Of a DNA stretch of 64,000 bases, positions 31,392 to 48,837 are shown piece after piece. Location: the NCBI GenBank assembly GCA_951406725.2, contig OX597828.1, positions 75,516,001-75,580,000 on the forward strand, read 5' to 3'. Position numbers and translations under genes: made by a program. The notes below the pieces were generated by a model that worked only from the letters and a program-made list of their open reading frames with translations, had not been told where the DNA came from and did not search any database. The stretch comes from Octopus vulgaris (taxonomy: Eukaryota). The number at the start of each line of letters is the position of its first letter. The stretch's first letter is position 1.

Positions 31392-31485
<94 letters not shown>

Positions 31486-32370
31486 TATAGTATCTATATG
31501 CTTAAAACTGTATACATGCTGAATAATGGTTGTGAATTCTGTGCTATTGATTACTGCTGATGTTCCCTAATTTGGACTCGGCTGTCTTCACTGTGTTAGT
31601 CTTTTTCAGTAGTTGAAATAGCAAGAGGCAAGATGGTGTCTCTAAGTAATGTTTTATGCCAACGATATTTGCCCACTGCCGGATGTCTCACACTGGGGTC
31701 GGATAACATCCAGAGACATAGGTCTGTGAGTATCACGTAAGGCTAGACATGGGAGCGATGACCTCTTTTCCAAATGCTATACTGACACAGACTGTGTGTC
31801 GATAGCCAGCTGGAAAAGATGTTTTCCTGGGGCTTAAACAGTAACATCAAACATTACTAAATATTACTAAACTTTATTACGTTCTACAGAACAAAACTCT
31901 ATATTTAGCGTTCTCAGCATCATCATCAGTATCATCATCAGCATCAGCAGCATAGTCTTTAAGAATTTATTTAATGTTCTCAAGCTTCAGCTTGTGGGAA
32001 AAGGAGTCCGAGACTGATGTCTTATTCTCAAGAAATGTATAAAAGAATGAAGAAAGAGTAGCAGTAAAACTGAACTGGTGGAAAAACGAAAAGAAAACCA
32101 TTGAGGAAGAGAAGTACTGGCAGCAGTCAACAATGAGATGCTGGAATTATTATATAATCTTGTTGTCATTGATGTAAATGGCGGCGGCGGCGGCGGTGAA
32201 TAGAAAAGGTAAGGCCAAAACAAAGCAAAAAAATGCAACAACCGGATGGAGGCGGTTTTGATAAAGGCGGACAATGATGAAGGGAGATATGTTGATGACC
32301 ATGCTAATGACTATGATTTTCTTAAGCAAACACGAAATCTGTCAGGACTTTGACCGTCTCTTCTCTCATT

Positions 32371-32422
<52 letters not shown>

Positions 32423-32627
32423 CTCTCTCTCTCCCTCCACCATTATCTGTCGTCTGACACAGATTGGAAAACTTTGATAAAAAAAAATTTGAAAAACAAT
32501 AACAAAAGCAATAAATATACAAAATGAAATTTTCAAACAAAATCACAAAATTAAAATAACAAGAGACTAACAACAAATACAATAACACACACTACATTCA
32601 TAACAGCGTGTGTGTGAGTGTATATTA

Positions 32628-32658
<31 letters not shown>

Positions 32659-32939
32659 CATACACATATATATATACATATATATAAATATATATATTTC
32701 ATTGTATATATATATATATATATATGTATACATACATGTATATAAATATACACATACAAATATATATACACATATGTATACATATATATATAATGAAATA
32801 TATATATATACATACATACATATATACATATGTATACATATATATTTATATACATACATCTGTATGTATATTTAATTATATATGTATTAAGACATATATG
32901 TGTATACATATGTATACACACACACACATATATATATAG

Positions 32940-33003
<64 letters not shown>

Positions 33004-33689
33004 ATTTATATATTTCCCTATATGTATGCATGTATGTGTGGGAAGGTATTATGTACGTGCGACAAAGAAAATAACTGGTGGCCATTAATAGTTAAAATGG
33101 TAATTTTTATTTATAGATTTTCATTGAACCGTCAATAGTTTATATAATATTAATAATAATAGTGTCTTCTTGCCGCCACCCGTCTCTGGCCCACGTCCAC
33201 CACCAGCCTTATTTGTATGAAGCCAATTTGATATCGAGCCAAAACAAGAGTCTTTGTGATCTTTTAAACAACACAAAATACAATAACAAGGATAGCGATA
33301 CATTGTTTAGCTATAATGACTTCGATTTTAGAATGTCGGGTAGGTAAGGGGTATAATATGGGTAAGAAAAAACTTTAAGGTCACCCGGGAGAAGTACTTA
33401 AGACTGTAATTTTAGGATGGTGTCAAACCAGCTCGGATGTGACCTGTCGTGCTCTTTATAAACAATTAAACATGAGTGGCATAAAAATAAACTAAAATTA
33501 TTATTGGAAGTTATATGAAATTGAGTGACGGGTACCATACAAAGTTATTAGCAATGAGACTTATAAAGAACACAATCGGGGATCGAATATTAGTCAGTGA
33601 CGCGATAATTAGGGGATCTGTATTTGTCCACTTGACCTGCTGTGAGTAGTAATGAACACTCCATCCGGTCACTTCATCCATGTTACTAC

Positions 33690-33875
33690 ACACGTTTTCC
33701 TTGGCCTATTGTTTTTTTTTACTCCTCTCCGGACCTCGCCTCTTTCTGACGAAGAACCACTTCGAAACGTTACACACTTTTCCCATCTTAAATCGACCGC
33801 CAACCCAATGCATTTAGTGTGTACGTCTTATTGACATTTGTTGTTTCGTTTTCATTTTTATTTTCGAATTAACTG
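33690..33875 (+). mobile_element. Penelope-like terminal repeat remnant with hammerhead core
   Basis: CTGACGA-A-GAA-ccac-TTC-GAAA-CGTT at 33746-33771; flanks resemble 30862-31082. Confidence 0.55.
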
Positions 33876-34024
33876 TGATTATAGTTGTGTGACATCATGA
33901 ATGGACAAGGGGTGACCTCAAAAATGTCTACAGAAACAATAGGAAGAAGTCTGCTTCCTTTGAGCATGTCTCTTTATTAATTGCCTTTCACCTACCTACC
34001 TACTCATTTACCTGACCTGCACTT

Positions 34025-34331
34025 CGCCGGTTACGACGATGAGCATTCCAGTTGATAGCATCAACAGAACCGCCTGGTCGTGAAATTAACGAGCAAGTGG
34101 GTGAGCACTTCACAGACACGCCATACTCTTAACGTAGTTCTCAGGGAGATTCAGCGCGACACATAATGTAACAAGGCTGGCCCTTTGAAATACAGGTCCT
34201 ACTCATTTTTGCCGGCTGAATGGGCTGGAGCAACGTATAAAAAAAGTGTCTTGCTGAAGAACACAACGCATCACCAGGAATTGAACACGCAATCGTGAGC
34301 TAAATACGCGAATCATTATTCTATGCGCCTT
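34025..34331 (-). mobile_element. SINE family C
   Basis: Reverse-complement homologue of 49588-49871; tRNA-like head at the right end. Confidence 0.75.
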
Positions 34332-34997
34332 CATTTGAGGCTTACCCACCTACCTAAATAAATACACGCATAGTTTACATACATACAGAGATTAGGTTCT
34401 CAAGAAAAAAATGAACAAAGACTGATTTACATTCTCCAGATAAGAAACCTCTGAGAAACATTGAAAATTTGTAATACACGTCAGAGATTCTGTTCGAGGT
34501 TTCTGTGTGACCAGATGCACACAATGGTAAATACATAGAGAATATATTTGAAAGCATTTACACACATAACCGATAATGAAACACATGATTGGGAGCGATT
34601 ATGAATCATCACACAATACACGTATACATACACATAGATAAACAAATTAAGGTAACCATAAAAATAAGCTCTAGCTTAATTAAAAAAAAGAAAAAGGTTT
34701 GTCAAAGAAATACATGCATAGATACCTGCGCGCACGCACACATACATAAGACAAGAGGAATAAGCAAGAGAAGCCGGTGGGACGAATTTGCACAACACAG
34801 AGTGCGAAAAACTGTGACAAGATAAAGACTTCATTTATTGAAATTATTTTCGATTCGAGAGAAAAATAAACAAATATCCAGTGGCAACTGCAGCCAACTT
34901 CGGATGAGAAGTGGTGGCGATAATCTCAGTCTTTCAACTCTTCTCCAAGAATCACAAAAACAACTACCTCTCATATAAGTGTGTATTATATATATTA

Positions 34998-35049
<52 letters not shown>

Positions 35050-35159
35050 TTTATTTAAAGCAGTTGAATTTTCTGCTGCTTTAAATAAAGCATATTACTC
35101 TACCACTGGTATTTGAGTACTCTTTTTTCCACCTTGTTTCGCATTTATGTGTTTACTCC

Positions 35160-35220
<61 letters not shown>

Positions 35221-35270
35221 GTATATATATATGTATATATATATATGTATGTATATATATATATATATAT

Positions 35271-35500
35271 TTCTTTACTACCCACAAGGGGCTAAACACA
35301 GAGGGGACAAACAAGGACAGACAAAGGTATTCAGTCGATTATATCGACCCCAGTGCGTAACTGGTACTTAATTTATCGACCCCGAAAGGATGAAAGGCAA
35401 AGTCAACCTCGGCGGAATTTGAACTCAGAACGTAACGGCAGACGAAATACGGCTACGCATTTCGCCCGGCGTGCTATCGTTTCTGCCAGCTCGCCGCCTT
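35271..35500 (-). mobile_element. SINE family A with alternative 3' tail (type 2), within TA array
   Basis: Well-preserved family A body joined to TTCTTTACTACCCACAAGGGGCTAAACACAGAGGGGACAAAC; same tail at 57228. Confidence 0.88.
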
Positions 35501-36069
35501 ATGTATATATATATATGTATGTATATATATGTATATATATATGTATATATATATACATATATAAATATATTTGCGTATGTATGTTTTAAATATGTATACA
35601 CACACGCACACATACACACACATATATATATCTACAAGTATGTATGAAGTCCAGTAGGCATAAGTATCAGTACTAAAGGCCAAATACAATTTCACAATAA
35701 AAATTATATCGCGTGTCAACGACTATCAAACGACAAGATGTACTTGCTATATGCCATTTCCTGCGGCAAATAGTTGTGGATGTATAGAATATATTACTGT
35801 TGGTGAGTAGACCGAGGGAATCTCTGATCAGACAGGGCTATGATTAAAGATGCTGTAGCCAGCTTCACCTTGCCTGATTACATCATCGAGTGAATGGTCT
35901 CCTTTTCCCAGGGATATCTGACTATTATGGGTTACGCAGGGCTATGTCATCTAAAATATCTTTTCTTTATATAAGAATTTAGGATGTCATGTTAGCGGAG
36001 TTTCGTTGTTATTTCCAGTATTTATAGAGATCCTTTTATCAATTTATTTAATCGTGGAATAGATATTTT

Positions 36070-36282
36070 GATTTCAAATTTTTGCACAAGTCCATCAATT
36101 TCGGGTGAAGGGTTAAGTCGGTTACATTGACCCCAGTGTTTAACTGGTACTTGTTTTGTCGCACCGAAAGGATGAAAGGCAAAGTCTTCCTCGGTAAAAT
36201 TTGAACTTAGAACATAAAGACAGACGAAAATACCGCTTAGCAATTTGTCTCGTGCGCTAACGATTCTGCCAGCTCGCCACCG
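36070..36282 (-). mobile_element. SINE family A
   Basis: Family A core. Confidence 0.8.
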
Positions 36283-36478
36283 TCTCGTGAAATAAATTAT
36301 ATTGTAAGACTTTAAGAAACGACGATTCGCTGTCTGAAATACAGTAATAGAATTGCTGGGATTTGTGTAAGAACCCCCATCCCACCTCCACCAATTTGTT
36401 GATCGTCTCTTTCAATATCTTTATCACTGGTTACAATGTTTCCTTATTTTCTTTGAATACGCCTGCCCCCCTTTTCAT

Positions 36479-36756
36479 GTTAAGTTAAGTTACGTTAATG
36501 TTTTTGCTCAAAAAGCAAAAAGCAAGGCCATGTAGGGGAACATGGAGTTATGTACAGGGAGGGTGTTCATGCAAAGAGTTCAGGCCATTTCTGGTGAAGA
36601 GAGACTTTGAACCAAGCGGTCGTCGGCATCTTCACTATCTCGTCCGGCAGCTTATTCCACGGATCCGCAACCCGGACGGAGAAAGCCCCTCTCCTTCGAT
36701 TGAGATGAAATCGTCGCAGATAGAGCTTTTCGGAGTGACCCCGCAGCCGACGTTCT
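36479..36756 (-). mobile_element. CR1-type LINE extreme 3' fragment
   Basis: Minus frame ERRLRGHSEKLYLRRFHLNRRRGAFSVRVADPWNKLPDEIV...LFA* (stop 36567-36569), short 3' UTR and (TAACT)n tail. Confidence 0.8.
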
Positions 36757-36769
36757 ATAAGTGGGCCTA

Positions 36770-37830
36770 TATGTTATTTACTCTGATCTTACTAGCGTCT
36801 TTGATGTCATTTGAGTTCCGAGTGGTTCCTTCCGATTTTTTGGCTACCACTCGACAATAGCATGCCACCACATATCTGTGAGTACTGCATTGAGTTCAGT
36901 TCTGTGTAACTTGTGTTTTGGACATTCTGCTATAACATCGTTCACTCCACTCCATTTCCGAATTATCTTGTTTTGGTAAAGTTCCCTCATTTCTAACATG
37001 GATCTTTCCGTGACCACCTGTCTTGCAGCCAATCGGTCTCCTTCCCTCTTCGTTGTAGCTCATGCCTCCGCCTACATGCAAAACCGCAAGTAGGAAGATG
37101 CTATTGAAGAGTCTGGCACGTCATGTCTTGTCCATCTGTAATTTGAGCATATCTTGCATCGAGGTAAAATCTTTCTCCGCTGCTCTTACTCTCCGTCAGA
37201 ACTTGGAGTCTATGTCGCTGCATATATTGATTGTCTGTCTCAAGTAGACATACTCTTTCACCTCCCCAATGTCGTAATTTCCCACCGCTATTCGGCCTTG
37301 AGCAACATTTTCAGATCACGTGCGTTTCTTCATGCGTTATATTATGAGGCGTACCACTGAAATCTAGGTGTCCAGCTCCGTTAACCGGTCTGCAGCGATT
37401 CTGAGACTTCTGCGAAAAACACGATGTCGTCCGCGAACCGGTGGTCGGTTAGCAGCTCACCACTGATGGTGATGACACGTTTGAAGTCAATGTCTCTGAC
37501 GACTATTTTGAGACAGAATTAAACGCTTTGGATATACGCAATCTCATTGTTTGACGCACCTTCTTATTGCAACTTTCATAGATTGTTACAGCCGAACTAT
37601 ATCATTGTGGTGCATCGCATGTTCGCCTCCCTGTGAAGTTTCAAGCATAAAGAACAGTGCACCAAATTCTTGCATCTTCAGTCTCTACATCACTGCATTC
37701 AGCGAGACAGCATCAAAAGGTTTTTCATAATCTATGAAGGCAAAGCAAAGCGGTAACTTTCAGTCGGTGCAGTGGTAGTGTTAGAGTGACTATGCAACCA
37801 ATCATGGTGGAAGTTTTTCCGAAAGACCCT
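36770..37830 (-). pseudogene. Decayed RTE-clade LINE reverse transcriptase
   Basis: Minus strand PLCFAFIDYEKPFDAV (FIDYEK at 37721-37738), HRFADDIVF (FADD at 37426-37437), NKIIRKWSGVNDVI; many stops and frameshifts. Confidence 0.8.
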
Positions 37831-37932
37831 CTTACACACTGGGTCGAAAGTAAGAGCAACAAGCAGGTGAATGGTGTATAAACAATGCTACAAAGTCATT
37901 CTCGATTCCAAGTCATTGCCGCCATAAGCATG

Positions 37933-37963
<31 letters not shown>

Positions 37964-39633
37964 ACACATATGATGTACATGTATGTATATGCTTATATAT
38001 ACACACAAACATCAAACGTGCGTTTGCTGAAGCTTGCAGGAAACAAACCAAACGATTATGTAAGCAATCTACACATACTTTCTGGCTCACAAGGCCGCCT
38101 ACATAACTAGTCGGATAGACATATGATACACACAAAATACACACGTAATACACACATCTCATATTGATTTTCTTCACGGCACAAGTAAGAATAAAAACCA
38201 GACTAAAAGATATATATATATATATATATAATGTATGTATGTATATTTTATAGCTCCTTCTTGTGGTTTTTTCATCGACTTGTGGCTACTTGATTTCATA
38301 TGCATGATTAAAATCGTTAAACAACTGACCATAAAATGGAAGACGTTGAGTTTCGTTTTTATATCCGAGAGGGAGTTGGGTGGGATCGGTAGGTTTATAA
38401 CAGAGACTTATATTTGTTTAATATCAGATGTGTTTTATATATATATTTCTTGTTAAATGCTGCTGTTCTGCAGAGGGTAGGCTTTTCTTTTTTAGAGGGT
38501 GGCGGATATTTTTTCATTTTTATTGAACATTTTGTTTCAAGATATTGATTTTAATAAAATGACAAATAAATATAAATAACATATAAATAAAATATAACAC
38601 TAATAGAAAGAGAGAGAGAGAGAGAGAGATAAAAACGAGAAAAGATTTTAAAGATTATAGAGCTAACTGTAAAAGGAATATATGTGGGTACAAGCACATA
38701 CGTATATATTACAATACATGAGTGTTTGGCGGTGTGTGTGTATGTATGTATGTATATATATATATTCACACACACATACACATATATATATACATATGTA
38801 CACATAAATATATATATATGCATATGTGTGCACACAAATATGATCTTTAATATATATATTTATGAACATTTCTATAAATGTATGTATTTATATATCCACG
38901 CCTGTGTGTTCATATATATATACATACACACACATATATATATACATATATACATACATATATTCATATATATGCATACATACACAAATATGTACACATA
39001 CATACACATATATACATATGTACTTACAAATGTATGTATACATGCATATGTGTGTACACAAACATTATCTTTGATATATATATTTAAGTATATTTCTATA
39101 CATGTATCTATTTATATATGCACGCAAATGTTCATATATATGTGTGTATGTATATCTATCTATCTATCTATCTATATATATATATATATATTATATATAT
39201 ATACATAGACACCAACCCATCCAACTCACACACACACACACATGCATAAGCACGTACACACCAACATACACACTTTTTCTTATTGTTCTGAATCTCCCTC
39301 TGCCTCATCTTCTCTATCTCTCTCCCATTCTTTTAGGTTCAGTTTAAGAAAATAACATTAAAACAAATATATTTAGAAATTCTGAGGAGGAAAATCGTTT
39401 ATATCAGAGAACTGTTGGTACGCTGCTTTTGTGGCATGTCTGTTAGAAGCCGAGATATAGATTGATGTGGTTATTGAGGTTTAACACAATTATATAGATG
39501 CGAACATGCAGGCATCCCAATATACATACATACATGCACTCATACACACATACACGAATAACTGTCTATCAAACTGAAGCTATGGCATCTGATAACAAAT
39601 GGGAAAATGAATTCATATATATAAGTATATATG

Positions 39634-39668
<35 letters not shown>

Positions 39669-40541
39669 CATATATGGCGTGAAAGATCTACATCGGTATC
39701 TGTTGTCGCTGCAATGTTTTCATTAAGAGACAAAACTAATCGAAAGGAATAAAATACTTAGCGATGGAGATTAAATACATTGGACAATGTATTCCTAGAT
39801 ATGCTATGACAGCAAGAAAACTCCAGATAGCAATGGCGAGAATGGCTTTGATCATATTACTACTGTTGGTTAAGGGTCCACTTTGGGCTAACTGATAAGA
39901 ACAAGAAGAAGTTACCCCAGTCTCCAACAACACTACCACCAATACTGCAACAAAGGTATACCACCATCACCACCACACCACCACCACAACCACAACTGCA
40001 AAGAACAGAATACATTTTGTTTTCGAATTGGTCTTAGTTCTGCTTAATGGATGTCAACATTGTGTTGTAGTAATAGTGGTAGTGGTGGTAGTGGTGGTGG
40101 TGGTGGTAGTAGTAGTAGTGACATTAGTAGTAGTTGTAATAGTAAGAGCAGCTACAGCCGACGGCTTTTTAAACAACAGGACTACATCATCATGATCTCA
40201 AAGTTAGGCAACCGATCGGTAGAACTGGTAGCTCGTCAAATATCTTGCAGCGTGGGCTCTGTCTGTGTACCCCGTGTTACAATCCAGCCGACGTACGTCC
40301 ATTTTACCTTCCATCATTCAGGGACCGATAGCACAAAGTAACGGTCAGGTAATGACTTGATTTTACCTTCTCAATTTTTCTTCTTGTCAGAAGCTAGTGC
40401 ACTGCGCTAGACGAACGGTATGGAAAGAAAAAAACTCCATTCTCACTTTACTCCGAGATAACCGCATCCATTCTATTGCTGCGAAAGAATGTTGGCACCG
40501 AGGGCTTGGCAAAGTAATATAGCATCACCGATGAGGTAAAC

Positions 40542-40726
40542 CAGGGCTCACCTAACATTTTAGACCATCGACCTCTGCACAGATTCCTTGACCCCTCCAT
40601 CGCCCCCAGGCATGTTAAAAAAAATAAATAAAAAAAAGTAGATGTGTAGTTTTCAGGCATTTATCAACCGTTTGAATAGTCCCATCGACCCCCAGGGGTC
40701 GATGTCGACCACTTTGGAGACCCCTG
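40542..40726. mobile_element. hAT (Charlie-like) MITE
   Basis: Ends CAGGGCTCACC ... GGAGACCCCTG; subterminal palindrome ATCGACCCCCAGGGGTCGAT; TSD eroded. Confidence 0.55.
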
Positions 40727-41132
40727 ACGTGGAGGATAGAGTTGATGGTGCGGAAGAGGTTAGGGATATTGATAAAGAAGGGGATGGTGATGAGGTTGAT
40801 AAAAAAAACTGATAACTAACCATTTGGTCTTGTTATATAAATTTAAAATATTCAAAACTAGTTTTATCGTATCCTATACGTCTGGCATATTTTAAAGACT
40901 ATACGGCATTAGTTATCAGCCCTATCTAGCGAGAAAGAGGCTTTGTCGCACGTCACCAGTGTATGGAAGCGTGATGCAAATCACCAAAGGTTCATAAGCA
41001 CAGACACACCACACACACATAGACATCAGTTAGACAAATTTAATAAGGTATTGTGTCAGTTTCTGTTTCAATAGACAGAAATTCAGAATCCAAACACAGT
41101 GGATTACTTGAGCGGTAAGTGGGTATGTCTCG

Positions 41133-41175
<43 letters not shown>

Positions 41176-42799
41176 TCGTACGAGTCAGTGTGCGAATATA
41201 TATATGATGTGTTCAACGATGTATGTGTATTATCCAATACGTACAAATGCATGTGTATAGATATACATGTGTTTGTGTGTTTTTGTTTATATGTTAATAA
41301 TGTGCGGGTGTACGTGAGAGAGGAGTTGGGTCCTTGCAACTTGTATGGATGCTGTGCTGTTACATAATTAGCTTACGACCAATGCTATGTTATTACATCA
41401 TAACCTTCATTAAGACAAGAAACGGTAGGTTGTGAAGCGCCAAGATTAATGTTTATATATCAAAGGAAAGACAAACCTGATGAAAAATGGTTGCGAAATT
41501 AATTGAATAAAAAGACGAAGTGGAATCCGTAAGAGACAAGAAGGGAGGGGGGAGGAAGTGAAAGAGAGGAAGAGAGACATTAATATCTAAATAGATAGTG
41601 AGAAATAGAGAAACATTAATAAATACATAGAGACAATGCCAAAGGGAGTCGGGGGGGGGGGTCGTAAATAGATACATGGAGACAGAGAGACGATGATGGT
41701 AGTTGAGGAGGGGGAGAGGGACAGGAAATTAAGGGGAGTAGGTGGAGGTGAGAAAGCGAGTTGTACATTTCTTATGTTCATATTGCTTTATTGTTACTTT
41801 ATATGTATTTTTTTTTTGTATTTTTGGTGTTGATTTGTTATTAGTTTTATAGAAATATCCCTTTGATCTTGAAATTTTTATCTCCTGGATTATACACTTA
41901 TACCGATACATACATATGCACATAAACATATACATCCGTAGAAATATGTGTAGGGGTTTACAAGTATTTATATACATTCATAAATACATATATAAATGCA
42001 TGTATATACACGCACACAAAAAGGTCCTACATAATGGCTTGGGAGAAGATTTTAGTTTAAATTTTATATGTAACTTCAATTTATGCAGGACACACTCACA
42101 CACGATATAATATATATTATATAAGACAATATGCCCATAAACTTAGAGATATTGTATATACACACGTATATACAATTATATATGCATAGACATATATACA
42201 CTTACATACATACAATCATATACACGATTTTGACGACAATGTGTCTTTCTAAATAATAATTTTCAAGAATTTCGTAACCTGATCACGTAGTAGGAGTAAT
42301 AGTATTAGTAATAGTAGTAGCAGCAGTTATAACAACAACAAAAACAATAACAATAATACTTATAACAAAAGAGGGAATTCAATTGAACACCTTTTACTAA
42401 CGTTGAAGCCTACTTTAGCATTTAATATTATATATATATGTGTGCGTGTGTGTGTATGTGTGTGTGTGTGTGTGTGTATGTGTACGTATACGTGAGTATG
42501 TGTACACAACACGCACATACACTCTAAACCATACAAACATGTATAAGTGTGTATGTATGCATATTATATTAAATAATGAAAATTGTTCCATTTGCCATCA
42601 TCTGCGATAAAAGTCTTGGCACAGGGATAGTGGAGAGCTGCTGAATAATTGAACAAGATTCATTAATGTTGATGTTGTTGTAATCTACAGAAAATGTTCG
42701 TTGTGAGTTGAACTATACGAATAAATCTATGTCTAGTTAAACACCGAATATACAGATTCACACACAAAGACACACATACACACTCTTTCTCTCTCTCTC

Positions 42800-44465
<1,666 letters not shown>

Positions 44466-44467
<2 letters not shown>

Positions 44468-44817
44468 TGGCTGCCTTCTCGTTATCAAGTATGGCCATTG
44501 CACGAAGCTTAATCAATGTTGTTATCGTGCAATGCCTGTGCAAGAAGATTTTTTTTAAGTGAAGAAAGGCTGTGCACTGAGACAATCTCACTCAATAAGC
44601 AACAGCAGCCATAGTCCGAAAGGAAGAACAAGTCAGCATCATCGGTAACCACTGAGCCGAAGGTTTTATATCGGAGTTATCCCAGTTACCTGAGTTACCT
44701 TCTCCTAGAAGGATGCCCTAACAAAGGCTAGGAGTCCTTCACTCCCAATGGTTTAACCGCGCATGATATAGCCTTAAGACATTTATTGGATGGCCGTTGA
44801 CTCTCAAGAGTTCCTCC
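44466..44817 (-). mobile_element. Non-coding ~350-bp element, probably RTE-derived, inside TA array
   Basis: Minus strand TAGCCTTTGTTAGGGCATCCTTCTAGGAGAAGGTAACTC resembles, from recall, an RTE 5' UTR motif; sharp TA boundaries on both sides. Confidence 0.45.
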
Positions 44818-44955
44818 TATATATATATATACATACATATCTAGATATCTATATATATATGTATATATATGAGTGTGTGTATATATATATATGTGTATAT
44901 AAATATATATGTATATATATGAGTGTGTGTATATATATATATGTGTGTATATAAA

Positions 44956-45983
44956 TATCTACATAAATGATATTACTGACACCATCAAACACAGCAACAT
45001 CAGAACCTTCGCTGATGATTCCAAGATCCAGAAGGTCATCAATGGCGTGGATGACCGAATAAACCTTCAGTCAGACCTACTGGCTGTTGTCCAATGGGCG
45101 GAAAAGAATAACATGTTGCTAAATGAAGACAAATTCGAACTGATCCACTTTGGAAGGGAGGACGCTCTGAAACTCCCATACTCTCTTCCTTCTGGAGAAA
45201 TTCTCATGGCATCCAACAACATCAGAGACCTGGGAGTAACAGTGGACAACAACATAAGCTGGGCTACACATATAAGCAGCAAAGTTGACATGGCCCGCAG
45301 AATGTGTTCCTGGATTCTCAGAACCTTCCAGTCGAGAGATTCCCACGCTATTATCCTTCTCTTCTCCACTTTTGCCCGACCCCACCTTGAATACTGCTGT
45401 CCACTGTGGTCTCCCTACACAAAACAAAATATTATGAGAATTGAAGCTCCCCAAAGGTCAATCACAAAAAAGATAGATGACATGTCAGACCTTGACTACT
45501 GGGGTAGACTAGAGAAGCTGAAATTGTATTCACTCCAACGACGCCGTGAACGCTACATTATCTGTATGATGTGGAAAATATTCCATCAGCACTGTCCGAA
45601 TGATGTTGGCATCACCTTCAAAATGCATCCAAGGCTTGGACCACGTGCCATCCGTCCACAACAAAAATCTAAATCGCATCACATAACGACAATACGGCAC
45701 AACTATTTCACCTCAATTGGACCCGCTCTCTTCAACATTACACCAGGACACGTCAAAAAAGAAACTGACCACACAAAATTCAAGAAGTCTTTGGACAAAT
45801 TCCTTCAAACAGTACCGGACAAACCACCCACACCCGGATATGTCTCCGCAAACAATAACTCTCTGCTCGAATGGGCCTTGGTGCCCAAATCCTGAACTGA
45901 AAGACTTCGCCAGGTGGTGCTATTAAGTTAGACATGGCCTGGGCCAATACTGGCCAAAAACATTTCTAAGTTATTCTAAGTTA
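44956..45983 (+). mobile_element. CR1/L2-group LINE, 5'-truncated, uninterrupted RT C-terminal ORF
   Basis: IYINDI...RTFADDSKI...IRDLGV...RPHLEYCCPLWSP...LYSLQRRRERY...PDKPPTPGYVSANNNSL, stop 45895; tail (TTCTAAGTTA)2. Confidence 0.92.
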
Positions 45984-47930
<1,947 letters not shown>

Positions 47931-48770
47931 ATCCAAAACTGAATATTAAACTTACAGGATACACCTGTCCACAGGGAATTTCAATCCCAGAGCCTTAAGT
48001 CTGTGAGGGACCTGGGTATCGACATGAGTGATGATACCTCTTTCCAAGTGGAAATTACCTGGATGGCGACAAAGTGCAGACGACTGGCTGGGTGGATCCT
48101 AAGAACATTCAGAACCAGAGATAAGGAAACCATGATGGTCCTCTGGCGGACATTCGTCCTCAGCCGCCTGGATTACTGCTCACAGCTAGGGTCACCCACC
48201 AGTGTAAAATTAACAGCGGACCTTGAAGCTATCCAGAGAAGATTCACAAAGAAGATCGTCTCTTTGCAACAGCTCAGCTACTGGGAAAGGTTGAAACAGC
48301 TAAGGCTCTACTCCCTGGAGAGAAGACGGGTGAGGTATGCAGTAATATATGTCTGGAAGATCCTGGAAGGAATTGTGCCAAATTTTGGCATTGTAAGCTA
48401 CACCAATGCTAGAACGGGACAACACTGCATAGTGCCAAAGATCCCAGCAATGCCATCACACTTCAGGACCAGCTTCTGCAACAGCCTGGGTTTCAAGGGC
48501 CCACAGCTTTTTAATATTCTCCCAAAGAGTCTGAGGAACTTGCACAAAGTAAATGTAGCGGTTTTGAAATCAAAGCTGGACATCTTCCTGTCGAGAGTCC
48601 CAGATAAACCTACCTCACGGCAAGAGGTGCAAATGAGAGTAACTATACCAAACTCCATTCTTCACCAAGTGCCACATATTAGACGAGGTTCTTCGCAATA
48701 ACAGTGTAGCACAAAACGGCGGTGCATCAGCATGGCCGCAGCTCTGAGCTGAAACTAGAATTTTAAAAAA
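47931..48770 (+). mobile_element. CR1/L2-group LINE 3' portion, related to the 20423-21321 copy
   Basis: VRDLGIDMSDD...KCRRLAGWILRTFRTR...SRLDYCSQL...SLERRR...GPQLFNILPK...PDKPTSRQE, stop 48701; 1-bp frameshift near 47996; structured 3' tail. Confidence 0.9.
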
Positions 48771-48803
48771 ATACATATATACACACACATATATATAGAT
48801 ATA

Positions 48804-48837
<34 letters not shown>

